From Candidatus Heimdallarchaeum aukensis (lineage in GTDB: Archaea > Asgardarchaeota > Heimdallarchaeia > Heimdallarchaeales > Heimdallarchaeaceae), in the NCBI GenBank assembly GCA_021513695.1, contig CP084166.1:2048001-2112000 (forward strand): a DNA stretch of 64,000 nt, given 5' to 3'. Within the stretch, counting starts at the first letter, position 1. Each line of letters opens with the position of its first letter. Below are positions 39,405-48,663 of this stretch, one piece after another. The translations under genes were made by a program, and so were the position numbers. The notes under the pieces are model-generated. The model was not told where the DNA came from, ran no database searches, and worked only from the letters and a program-made list of their open reading frames with translations.

Positions 39405-40028
39405 TTGGTAAATGTCGTCACGCAAATGACAATCGAAGACATTGATGCTTCAGAATTTGATATTACTTGTCCATCTTGTAAAAGTAACGATGTTGAGGTC
39501 TCTCAGAAGATTCTAGATATTCCCCATTTTTCAAAGGTTTGGTTGTATAACATTAAATGCAATAATTGTGGTTACAAACATAATGATATGTTAAACCTTG
39601 AATCTAAGGAAGCGACGAGATATATTTATAAAGTAGAAAACGCCAAAGATTATACTTCTAAAATAGTTCGCTCTGCCAATGGGACAGTGAGAATCCCTGA
39701 ATTAGGCGTTATAATAGAACCAGGACCAAGTTCAACTGGCTTTATCAATAATATAGAAGGTGTACTGCAAGATGTGAAAGAAAAAGTCCTATTTTTACTT
39801 AAGAATGCACAAAGCGAAGGTGAACGAGAAAAAATTATCCAATATATTAACCAGTTAAATAGTTATATAGAAAGAAGTTTACCTCTTACATTTATTATTG
39901 AAGATCCACTAGGAAATAGTTTAATTGTCCCATATGATGAAGAAAAACTAACTGTTGAAATATTAACCGAGGAAGAAGCATCAAATCTAAAAACCGGGTA
40001 TTTAATTTTCTCAACAAAAAAAAGTTAA
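39405..40028 (+). CDS. ZPR1-type zinc-finger protein
   Basis: CPSC ... CNNCG C4 ribbon followed by a ZPR1-like beta-rich domain; about 200 aa as in archaeal ZPR1 homologs. Confidence 0.55.
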   Translation: MVNVVTQMTIEDIDASEFDITCPSCKSNDVEVSQKILDIPHFSKVWLYNIKCNNCGYKHNDMLNLESKEATRYIYKVENAKDYTSKIVRSANGTVRIPELGVIIEPGPSSTGFINNIEGVLQDVKEKVLFLLKNAQSEGEREKIIQYINQLNSYIERSLPLTFIIEDPLGNSLIVPYDEEKLTVEILTEEEASNLKTGYLIFSTKKS

Positions 40029-40043
40029 AGATGAGTTGATTTT

Positions 40044-41294
40044 TTGAAGCAGATAGTTGACTTTCATATCCATAGTCCTTTCTCGCGTGGTGTATCAAAA
40101 AACATGCAGATTTCTATTTTAGCTGCAGAAGCAAGAAAAAAAGGACTTGATATAATCGGAACCGGAGATGTTTTCCACAAACAATGGAATAAATACCTCC
40201 AAGAAAATTTGTCTTATGAAGTTGATGGATTATACAGCCCTTCAAAGAAAGAATATAATACATTGTTTATTGCTACAGGAGAAGTTGAGGATAACGAACA
40301 TATTCATCATTTAGTTATAGTTCCTAGTTTAAAAACTGGTATCGAGATAGCAATAGAGTTTGAAAAAAGGAACAAAATAAAGCTATCTCGCTATGGTGGG
40401 AGACCTAGAGTGGACATGGATGCTTCTCAACTTGTAGATTTGGTAAAAGAGTATAACTGTTTAATTGGTCCTGCACATATATTTACTCCTTTTACTTCAA
40501 TTTTTAGAGAAAATAAATATTCATCACTAAAAGACTGTTTTAAAGAATCAACTGTTAAGGTTGACTTTGTAGAGCTCGGCCTTTCTGCAAATTCTGCGAT
40601 GGCCGATAAAATAAAAGAACTTTGGGGGTATACTTTTTTAAGCAATTCAGATAGCCATTCTCCTAAATCATCGAAAATAGGACGAGAAGCAAATGTGATA
40701 GAGGTTGATGATGTATCTTTCAGTTCAATCCAAAAGTCATTAGAAAAAGGAAAGGAGTCCAAGATTATTTTGAATGTTGGATTAGATCCTCGTTTGGGCA
40801 AATATCATTTGTCTTTTTGCTATAAATGTAGAAGAAGGATAGTATATATTCATAATCCTTCAAAAATTTATGATGAAAAGTTCATTTATTTTGAAAAAGA
40901 AAATGAGAAACAATTCATGATTTCAATATCAGCTAGAAAACTACGTTGTCCTGCATGTAATGGTTTACTTAAATTAGGCGTAAATGACAGGGTAGAGTTA
41001 TTAGCAACTACAAATAAAAAGAACACAAAACGTCCTCCTTATTTTGATAGTGTGCCTCTCGTGTCACTTATTTCTAAAGGACTTAAAATAAAGAACCCTG
41101 ATTCAAAAACGGTGATAAAAGAGTATAACCGTTTAATAGCTACATTTGAAAATGAATACAATATTTTACTTAATGCATCAATAGAAGAAATTAGAAAAGA
41201 GAATGATTATATTGGTAAAAAAATAGAGTTGATGAGAGAAAATAAATTGGAAATCATTCCTGGTGGAGGGGGAAACTATGGGGAATTGGTTTAA
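40044..41294 (+). CDS. PHP-domain phosphoesterase with C-terminal zinc ribbon (COG1379-like)
   Basis: DFHIHSPFSRG PHP motif I, further His/Asp motifs, CxxC ... CxxC near residues 260-305. Confidence 0.6.
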   Translation: MKQIVDFHIHSPFSRGVSKNMQISILAAEARKKGLDIIGTGDVFHKQWNKYLQENLSYEVDGLYSPSKKEYNTLFIATGEVEDNEHIHHLVIVPSLKTGIEIAIEFEKRNKIKLSRYGGRPRVDMDASQLVDLVKEYNCLIGPAHIFTPFTSIFRENKYSSLKDCFKESTVKVDFVELGLSANSAMADKIKELWGYTFLSNSDSHSPKSSKIGREANVIEVDDVSFSSIQKSLEKGKESKIILNVGLDPRLGKYHLSFCYKCRRRIVYIHNPSKIYDEKFIYFEKENEKQFMISISARKLRCPACNGLLKLGVNDRVELLATTNKKNTKRPPYFDSVPLVSLISKGLKIKNPDSKTVIKEYNRLIATFENEYNILLNASIEEIRKENDYIGKKIELMRENKLEIIPGGGGNYGELV

Positions 41295-42058
41295 TTTATA
41301 TCGCGAATAAACGCTATGATTTCTTTAAACGCTAATTCTCTATTTTCATCCACTGTAAGAATATGATCTCCTTGTGGTATTTTTACAAGTTTCTTTTTAC
41401 ATTGTAGTTTCTTGTATATTTTTTCAGCGTTTTTAGGGTTAACTGTCTGATCTGATTGACTTTGGGTTAAAAGAACAGGATTATTAATTCTCTTAATGCT
41501 TTTGTGTAATTTTCTATGGAATTTTAAAATTTGATAAGCTCCGTAAGTAGAATCATATGAATATGAAAAAAGATTGTGTTCAATATACCATTTAATACGT
41601 TGTTCACTCCTTGGAATATGTTTCTTGAATATAGCTAATAATGGAGTAATAATTTTGTGTAAAGGTTTGAATTCATAAAAGGCATTTATGGTAAAGATCC
41701 CGTCAACATGGAATAAGCTTCCAAAGTATAAAGAAAGAGCTCCGCCTAATGATACCCCCCCAATAATTACTTTGTCATATTTTTTTGAATATTTGTCATA
41801 AGCATCTTTGATATCATTGATCCAATCTGTCCATTTTATTTTATCTAAATCTTTGGAGGAAGATCCATGACCTGATAGTAAAATACCGTAGCAATCATAT
41901 CCTTCTCTAACTAAAAATTCAGCTAAAGGACGTGTTTCTGTACACGACGCACCAAAACCATGTACTAGTAAAATCAAAGTATTTGTTTCTTTTTTTTCGG
42001 CTTTTAAGAAAAATGGTTGCGCCAACTCTTTTAATTTATCCTGATTCATTTTATTCAT
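41291..42058 (-). CDS. Alpha/beta hydrolase (esterase/lysophospholipase-like)
   Basis: HGFGAS oxyanion region, GxSxG nucleophile elbow (GGVSLGG), C-terminal Asp/His region. Confidence 0.7.
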   Translation of the reverse strand: MNKMNQDKLKELAQPFFLKAEKKETNTLILLVHGFGASCTETRPLAEFLVREGYDCYGILLSGHGSSSKDLDKIKWTDWINDIKDAYDKYSKKYDKVIIGGVSLGGALSLYFGSLFHVDGIFTINAFYEFKPLHKIITPLLAIFKKHIPRSEQRIKWYIEHNLFSYSYDSTYGAYQILKFHRKLHKSIKRINNPVLLTQSQSDQTVNPKNAEKIYKKLQCKKKLVKIPQGDHILTVDENRELAFKEIIAFIRDIN

Positions 42059-42175
42059 AATTTTGACCCTGAAACATTATTTTTTTGATTTCAAATTCAG
42101 AAATCACAAAATTTCAACACATATAAATATTATTCTACTAATATATATAATAGAACTTTTTAGGGTAGAATCTAA

Positions 42176-44419
42176 ATGACAAAAGAAAAAGAAATTTTAG
42201 AACAGGATGAGAAAAAGAAAAAGTGGAGTTTTCTAGGTTGGGGGTTGCTGTTTCTTCTAATTTGGACAATAGCTCTTATGTTTATTCTCGAGGTAGCTCT
42301 GCATCCTGCAGATAGTATTATAGCGACAATTGTTGCTTATGCTCTAGGATTACTAGGCCTAGGTGTTTTCGCAGGGTTGACTCGAAGTAAATGGAAAGTT
42401 TTGGTAACCTTTCCCTTAGCAATACTAATTATCTTTGGTGCAGGTTACCTGCTACACTTAGTTAACGCTCCTATATATAATCCATTAGCTCCCGTTTCAG
42501 AAAGAGTTTTTGTGATTGTAGATGAACTAGATAGTATTGCTAATACTTCTATAGCTGACAATATTCCCGCAGATCTATTGAATAATATGGAATCTATCAA
42601 ACAATATGCTGATTTTGCATTTGTAGTTGATTTAATTATTAGTTTACCGATATTTATCCTTGGTACGTTATCTGTGACGTGGATAGTTCAGATATTTACT
42701 CAGAAACCTAAATGGTGGGTGATTTTCTCTGCGTTTTTTGCTTTAATATTTTTCATGATAGGAATGATTATGACTCCCTTTGTTCACTTAGTTATTGCGG
42801 GCGTTGTTGACCTAGGAACTAATATGAGCATCGGAGCTTTATATATGGTAAATGGACTTTCATACCTACAAGATTTACAGAATGCAGATCAAGCAGATAT
42901 TAATGAAGCAGTAGCTAATCTGAATTTAGCTTCAGAATGGTTTCAAAAAGGAGGAGAAGATATAAAGGTATTCCTAGGCGCGCTTTCTATGTCACCTTAT
43001 TTAGGAGATGCAGCCGATGACTTTAATCACCTGTTCCAAGCAGCATTCATACTCTTAGGTGGAGCAGGAACGTTTGTTAATGGGTCATATCAACTATTCA
43101 AAGGATTTGATCTGATTTCAAAAGCTCTGAATACAAGCTCTGGGTCATTAACTATGCAAGATGATCAAGTTAAACAAGCAATAGACGACGATTTGTTTAA
43201 TCAAGGTATTGACTTTATTAATGAAGGTCTTGAACTATTTGATAATAGTAGCTATGTTTTTGATGATGCTTTAACTGAAATAAAACAAGTTGATTGGCAA
43301 GAAATAAAAACTGAACTTCACGAATTGCCGATAGAAGGGACTGAAGAAATAGATTCAACTTTGGACCAGATGGAAGGTTATCTCAGCATCTTTGAAAATG
43401 CAACAGGATTGATTGATGTACTAATATCAAAACCAACATTTGCTAATGGTAGTCAAAGTAATTATGCAACATTAATTCATTTCTTCTTAGGGGCTTATAA
43501 TATAATGAAAGCTCAAGAAATTATAGGTGATGAAACTAACTTTGCAGGAACAGAAGTTTACTTTAACAGGGCTGGTGAACACTTTAATGTTACATATAAT
43601 GCATTACAAACAAGAACTGTTGCTCAGTTAATACATTCAGACACCCCAATATTAAATGGGACTGTTGCTTTCATTGTTGATATGACCGGATTGGCCGCTG
43701 ATTTAAGTTTCTTCGGTGGAGATATGGGGCCAACACTTGTTGGATTAAATAGCACACTTTCAGTTTTGTCTAATGGATATGAAAATGTAACTGATTATGA
43801 CTCAATTAGAGCAGATATTTCTGATAGTATAACAGAATTAGATAACCTAAAGGATACTGCTCATTCGATAGATAATAGGATTTTAGGAATTCAAGAAAAC
43901 GCAACAGCAAACATTTATGGAGAGTTCAGTGAAACAGCAAGTGATTTTGCATCTAATTTCCAGAAATTTAATATTACTTTGAACCTCGAAAATGCTTATT
44001 ATATTGCCCAATCATTCTATTATCTATTTGGTGCTATGAAAGATCTTAAGGACATTAAAGGATATATTGAAACTGGACAAACTGCTTTTGATAATTCAGA
44101 TTATTTGACCGCCTATAATAACTTCTTAGCCGCTAATACATCATTAGATTCATGCATCGATCAGATGTGGAATGCAAGTTACTACTTTAACCAAACTATA
44201 GGCAATGGAATGGGACAGTTAAGTAGTTCTGGTGATGCAATTGCACTAATTTACTTCTCTCTAGTATCTATACAAACTGACATAAACGTTATAACTGGAA
44301 TCGCAGGGGGTGGTAGCCCAACTGAAAGCGAAATTACTGAAGTAAATAATCGCTTAGACCACATTAACACAGTATTAGTGAATGTAAACAATGAACTAGC
44401 ACAAGTAAAAGGACAATAA
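42176..44419 (+). CDS. Large membrane-anchored extracytoplasmic protein rich in N-x-S/T sequons
   Basis: 747 aa. About 5 N-terminal TM helices, then a about 500-aa hydrophilic domain with over 14 N-x-S/T sequons (NGS, NSS, NAT, NVT, NGT, NST, NIT, NTS, NAS, NQT). Confidence 0.6.
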   Translation: MTKEKEILEQDEKKKKWSFLGWGLLFLLIWTIALMFILEVALHPADSIIATIVAYALGLLGLGVFAGLTRSKWKVLVTFPLAILIIFGAGYLLHLVNAPIYNPLAPVSERVFVIVDELDSIANTSIADNIPADLLNNMESIKQYADFAFVVDLIISLPIFILGTLSVTWIVQIFTQKPKWWVIFSAFFALIFFMIGMIMTPFVHLVIAGVVDLGTNMSIGALYMVNGLSYLQDLQNADQADINEAVANLNLASEWFQKGGEDIKVFLGALSMSPYLGDAADDFNHLFQAAFILLGGAGTFVNGSYQLFKGFDLISKALNTSSGSLTMQDDQVKQAIDDDLFNQGIDFINEGLELFDNSSYVFDDALTEIKQVDWQEIKTELHELPIEGTEEIDSTLDQMEGYLSIFENATGLIDVLISKPTFANGSQSNYATLIHFFLGAYNIMKAQEIIGDETNFAGTEVYFNRAGEHFNVTYNALQTRTVAQLIHSDTPILNGTVAFIVDMTGLAADLSFFGGDMGPTLVGLNSTLSVLSNGYENVTDYDSIRADISDSITELDNLKDTAHSIDNRILGIQENATANIYGEFSETASDFASNFQKFNITLNLENAYYIAQSFYYLFGAMKDLKDIKGYIETGQTAFDNSDYLTAYNNFLAANTSLDSCIDQMWNASYYFNQTIGNGMGQLSSSGDAIALIYFSLVSIQTDINVITGIAGGGSPTESEITEVNNRLDHINTVLVNVNNELAQVKGQ

Positions 44420-44557
44420 TTTTTCTTTTTTTTTACACTATAATCAAAAAATAATTCTCCTTTTTTTATTCTTCTAAACTTTTTGTATTGCCTAGTGGGG
44501 AAATTTTTTAATAACGAATAAATCAATCATAGTATAGTATATCTTTTAGGTGTTAGT

Positions 44558-45052
44558 ATGGAACATGTTTATCTCATTTATGACCACTCTGTAAGAGAAT
44601 TTAAAGAACCTGCAGATCAAAAAAAGTTCAAATCAATAACTCAAGGCTCTCCCGATGAAATAAGTACAAGTTTAGATAGTGTGGGCGTTGATGGTTTGTT
44701 AATATTTAACAGAGAAAGAAATGAATGGAACTTAATATTCGCAAAAAGCTTAGGATTGGTTGCTCAAAGAACGGCAAGAAGGCAAGCAGATACAATAAGC
44801 AGATCAGGATTTTTGTTATCTTCAGGAGAACGGGTGGGGATACGTAGTAGATTACAGCAATTAACAGAAGATAATATAGGGGATTTACATAAAACTGTGC
44901 AGCAAAAATATATTGTTTCTGATTTAGTTGGTCATGTGGGAGATTCAAGAAGTGAACGTTTTCCAGCTAAAGTCTATGCAACAAAAGAATTAGAAGAAAA
45001 AAGAAATGAGGTTGAGAAAGAGCCAAAACAAACTACAAAAGAAAATATATAA
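44558..45052 (+). CDS. Hypothetical protein
   Basis: 164 aa, no recognised motif. Confidence 0.5.
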   Translation: MEHVYLIYDHSVREFKEPADQKKFKSITQGSPDEISTSLDSVGVDGLLIFNRERNEWNLIFAKSLGLVAQRTARRQADTISRSGFLLSSGERVGIRSRLQQLTEDNIGDLHKTVQQKYIVSDLVGHVGDSRSERFPAKVYATKELEEKRNEVEKEPKQTTKENI

Positions 45053-45323
45053 GACGGATAATGTAGAGTAAACACATTGATTACAACCTTTATTTTTTTG
45101 CTTTAAGGCTCCTATCCTATAGCTAAATTCAGTAAAATTAAGAAACCACAGTAATTTCTTCATTGTAAGACTGTTTTAGCATTGAAACTTTTTATTGGTT
45201 TTTCTTTTAATAGATGCCTGTAATAGCATCTGTCCCTTAAGATTTATATATAGTTTAAAAAATAAGATAATCTGTTGAGACACATTTATTAACTAGAACG
45301 AACTTACATTTTTTGGTGTTTAA

Positions 45324-46220
45324 ATGTATCAAACACAAGTAAATCCTTTTGAATTATCAAAAAGAAAGATATCTGAAAGTTCAGGAAAAATAGCTAAATT
45401 GCTTATAGCTGTTGTTGCGCTATTGTTTGTACTAATAATCCTTGTGATGATAATGCTAGCTATAGCAGGAGGAAGTTCTGTTGTTATTGACCCAAGTAAT
45501 CCTTATGCGGCAGTTGGTGCAATGTTTAGTTCCTTTATTGTTCTAGGTATCTTTATTCTTTTAATTGCTTTAGCCTTTATTGTCATTCAAATAATGGTGC
45601 TAGTACAATATTACAAACTTGGACAAGGCTTTTCAGAAGTTGCTAATATGGACCCCTCCCTGCCAAATGCGAAAAATATTAGTTTTGGAATCTATGGCTA
45701 CATCATGGGTTATGTTTTAGGCCTTATTATTCCTGGAACCTTTGGAAAAATAATGGCACTTTTAGGTACTTTCTCATTAGCTGCAGGTTTCTACTTCATT
45801 TATGAAACGTTTGAAGATTTTAGAAAACAAGGTAGATTTGGTAAACCCGCATCTAAAAAATTGTTTATTGCTGTGGCTTTTACACTAATAGGCAATATAA
45901 TGAACTTTGTTAACAGCATTGCTATGATCGGTGTTGGCGGTTTCTTTGGTTTAATTGGTTTTATTCTTTTGATAATTGGATTAAAAGATCTAGAGCGAGA
46001 TATTCTGTTGGTTACACCAACGGAAACAGTTCCTACACAACCACCCACACAAACCCCCTATCAAGCTCCAACTTCTGTACCCACTTCTCCAGCTCCTGAA
46101 CAATCTAATCAATCACCACAGACGCAAGACGCAACCCAAGTAAAGTTTTGTCCCAACTGTGGAACAAAAAATGAATTACAAGATAAGTTTTGCATATCTT
46201 GTGGAACAAAACTAGATTAA
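45324..46220 (+). CDS. Membrane protein with P/T/Q-rich linker and C-terminal double zinc ribbon
   Basis: Several TM helices; linker PTETVPTQPPTQTPYQAPTSVPTSPAPEQ; C-terminal FCPNCGTKNELQDKFCISCGTKL. Confidence 0.6.
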   Translation: MYQTQVNPFELSKRKISESSGKIAKLLIAVVALLFVLIILVMIMLAIAGGSSVVIDPSNPYAAVGAMFSSFIVLGIFILLIALAFIVIQIMVLVQYYKLGQGFSEVANMDPSLPNAKNISFGIYGYIMGYVLGLIIPGTFGKIMALLGTFSLAAGFYFIYETFEDFRKQGRFGKPASKKLFIAVAFTLIGNIMNFVNSIAMIGVGGFFGLIGFILLIIGLKDLERDILLVTPTETVPTQPPTQTPYQAPTSVPTSPAPEQSNQSPQTQDATQVKFCPNCGTKNELQDKFCISCGTKLD

Positions 46221-46279
46221 GTTCCCATCTTTTATTTCTTTTTTTAAAAATAGTTGCTTTTTTAACTTCATTGATTGCT

Positions 46280-46318
46280 CGATAGTGATAGTGCTGATAG
46301 TGATAGTGATAGTGATAG
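46280..46318. repeat. TGATAG hexamer array (CGATAG TGATAG tgc TGATAG x4)
   Basis: gctcgatagtgatagtgctgatagtgatagtgatagtgatagcac, about 150 bp downstream (3') of the minus-strand HTH gene. Confidence 0.8.
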
Positions 46319-46467
46319 CACTTTTTAAACCAAAATCGAAATGTTTTGAGAAAAAAGTTATTTAAATTAATTTAAGGTTAGTCCTAAAAAAACATACTGA
46401 CAGCTTTTTCGATTATCAACCAAGGATAGAATTTTCTAAATGGGGTGTTTTCTTTTTTTATGGTTTT

Positions 46468-47064
46468 TTATTCTGTATTGCTTTCGCCCATGGCCGCACT
46501 TAAAATTTCTACTTCCTGAGCTACGGACTTGATTTTAGAAGCGATAACTCTCTTCTTTTCTATTTCTTCTTGATCTTTAAGCTCTGGGAGATACTTTCCT
46601 ATAGCCGCAGTTGTTCGTATTCTTACACTATAAGGAAAAATGGTTTTATTACGACTTTTAAGTTCAGCAAGGATGCCCACGGTCCAACGTTCATTCTCTT
46701 CATCTTTGTGAATGTGAAATTTTGTTACATCAACATCACACAGGTTAAGAATTGATGAAAGAAAAGTTTCTATATCCTCATTATTAAATTGACTAATATC
46801 TAAAATCTCTCCTTTTTCAAATTCTTCTTCATGAAAATTGTATATCTGTTTTTTATCATGTATCTGTGAAAAGCGTTTATCTCTCTCGGTTCTTTTTTTA
46901 GCTGGTTGCTTTTTTCCTGTTTCATACTTATTTCTGTTACGAGCGACCCAAACACTAACAGCTTTTCCTGAACCAAGACCTATAATGGGAGCGATTTCTG
47001 AGTATGTATATCCTTGTTTTTTTAGCTCTTCTATCTTATTCCATCGCTCTTGACCTTGTAACAT
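46468..47064 (-). CDS. Small HTH-domain protein (putative DNA-binding regulator; N-terminus resembles transposase/terminase-small-subunit-type HTH)
   Basis: N-terminal ELKKQGYTYSEIAPIIGLGSGKAVSVWVARN helix-turn-helix; charged C-terminal region. Flanked on both sides by TGATAG motifs. Confidence 0.55.
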   Translation of the reverse strand: MLQGQERWNKIEELKKQGYTYSEIAPIIGLGSGKAVSVWVARNRNKYETGKKQPAKKRTERDKRFSQIHDKKQIYNFHEEEFEKGEILDISQFNNEDIETFLSSILNLCDVDVTKFHIHKDEENERWTVGILAELKSRNKTIFPYSVRIRTTAAIGKYLPELKDQEEIEKKRVIASKIKSVAQEVEILSAAMGESNTE

Positions 47065-47111
47065 TATTTTTCATCTTTTTTGGTTTTTTTATTTAGACTA
47101 CCATTCAATTA

Positions 47112-47136
47112 CTATCATTTTTTGATAGTGCTATCA
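47112..47136. promoter_or_regulatory. Operator-like inverted TGATAG half-sites upstream of the HTH gene: CTATCA-TTTTT-TGATAG-TG-CTATCA
   Basis: About 50-70 bp upstream of the start codon at 47064 (minus strand); same hexamer as the arrays at 22968 and 46280. Confidence 0.5.
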
Positions 47137-47626
47137 CTTTCATATAACATTTTACTTGCAACTATAAAAATTTTTACTAGTTAATAAAATCCTTGCGCAT
47201 AGTATTAGGCTTTTTGTCGGAATATTTTATATATGTCTAGCTAAAGCTACCTAGGCTGCTTCTAAGTTTACATATACTATGACTGTTTGATATTATCCCT
47301 TAAATTCAAGATTTGAATGTTAGTTAAAATGAAATTCTAAATCTTAGTTAATAACGTTGTATTATAAATAGACAAAATAAGCAAAAATAGACCTTTATAA
47401 TCTATATTTTAACCAATTAATCTAAATTCGTTTTGTTATACGTTTAATTATATTATTCCAAGTTTTCTATAACGCCTATTTCTCGATGAAAGTTAAATAT
47501 TAAACGTAAAAGGACTTTTATTATTAGGCTTTTAATGTAGACTTTTTACTTTTTTGAAAGGAGAAATAATTAAAAAGATGTTACAAACCTATTCTCTATT
47601 AGGAGGTAATTTACATACAGGTAAGT

Positions 47627-48622
47627 TTGGCTATCTTATCTGGTGGTGATTCGAAGCGTTATAAGCAGAAAGGTAAACTTATAGATAAAGCATTAATGGA
47701 AGTAAATACCAAGCCTCTGCTTTTTAAAATAGTTGAAGATGGTCTTAATAATTACGACAATGTTATTGTATCCCTGAACAACAATAAAAGGAAAAAAAAG
47801 TATGAAAGTGTATTAAAACCCCTACTGAAAAGCGATAATGTTGAGTTTGTTGAAGATGATAAAGAAATTAATTTTATTGGAGTAGGAAAGGGAATTGCTT
47901 CTGTACTATTGAAATTATTGCCAAAAACTTCAATCCAATTCATTCCTTGTGATCGCCCTTACCTTGATGTGAAATTACTAAGACAGTTAGAGACAGTAAA
48001 AGAGGGAGTAACAATACTTATTTATCAAAGTGGATTGATTGAGCCACTGCTTGCTCTATATGCTGAAAACTATGCATTTCCTCCACTCTTTGTTTTTTCT
48101 TTTGATCTAAGCAGAGCTGACGTGTTTATCCGCTTAGCTCCTCGAATCAGGCTTTATAATGCAACAGAAATAATTGAGATGAATGATCTCAGATCTAGTT
48201 TTTTCTTAAATGTAAACACTCCAAGGTTAACAGCTTCAGACCTCTCTTTAGAAAAAGAGAAATATTTCTTACCAAAATCTAAAATTGTGGAAAGAAAAAA
48301 TCTTGAACCTCTTGATAGTATCGATTTAGATGGTGATCCTACAGAGAGAATTCACCATTTGATTGAAAGAGAACACTTTTTTTTAGCATTCTTAGTAACA
48401 AAATACCTATTTCGAAGTCAAGTTTTTGACTTTGACCTCTTTTCTTACTATGTCAACTTAACACTAAAGTCAGAGTACGAATATTGGATGGAGAAAAATA
48501 TACCTTTCTTAGGATTACATGCGCTGCAAGATTTATCACATACTTTTCAGAATAATGTGTCTAATGAAATTGACAATGAAATAAAGACTCTAAAAGAAAA
48601 AATAGGTATAAAAAAGAAATAA
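47627..48622 (+). CDS. MobA-like nucleotidyltransferase (probable molybdenum cofactor guanylyltransferase) with about 130-aa C-terminal extension
   Basis: TTG start; AILSGGDSKRYKQKGKLIDKAL resembles the MobA/CobU NTP-transferase N-terminal motif. Convergent with a molybdopterin formate dehydrogenase gene. Confidence 0.5.
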   Translation: MAILSGGDSKRYKQKGKLIDKALMEVNTKPLLFKIVEDGLNNYDNVIVSLNNNKRKKKYESVLKPLLKSDNVEFVEDDKEINFIGVGKGIASVLLKLLPKTSIQFIPCDRPYLDVKLLRQLETVKEGVTILIYQSGLIEPLLALYAENYAFPPLFVFSFDLSRADVFIRLAPRIRLYNATEIIEMNDLRSSFFLNVNTPRLTASDLSLEKEKYFLPKSKIVERKNLEPLDSIDLDGDPTERIHHLIEREHFFLAFLVTKYLFRSQVFDFDLFSYYVNLTLKSEYEYWMEKNIPFLGLHALQDLSHTFQNNVSNEIDNEIKTLKEKIGIKKK

Positions 48623-48662
48623 AGACTCTAAAAGAAAAAATAGGTATAAAAAAGAAATAAAG
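48578..48662. repeat. 38-bp tandem duplication (2.2 copies) spanning the stop codon of the MobA-like gene
   Basis: gaaataaagactctaaaagaaaaaataggtataaaaaa x2 plus partial third copy. Confidence 0.8.
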
Positions 48663-48663
48663 A

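Noticed and set aside
46468-47064. HTH protein as an IS transposase / the locus as an insertion sequence
   Set aside because: Only an N-terminal HTH is present, with no DDE or other catalytic domain and no terminal inverted repeats beyond the GATAG half-sites. Kept as putative regulator instead.
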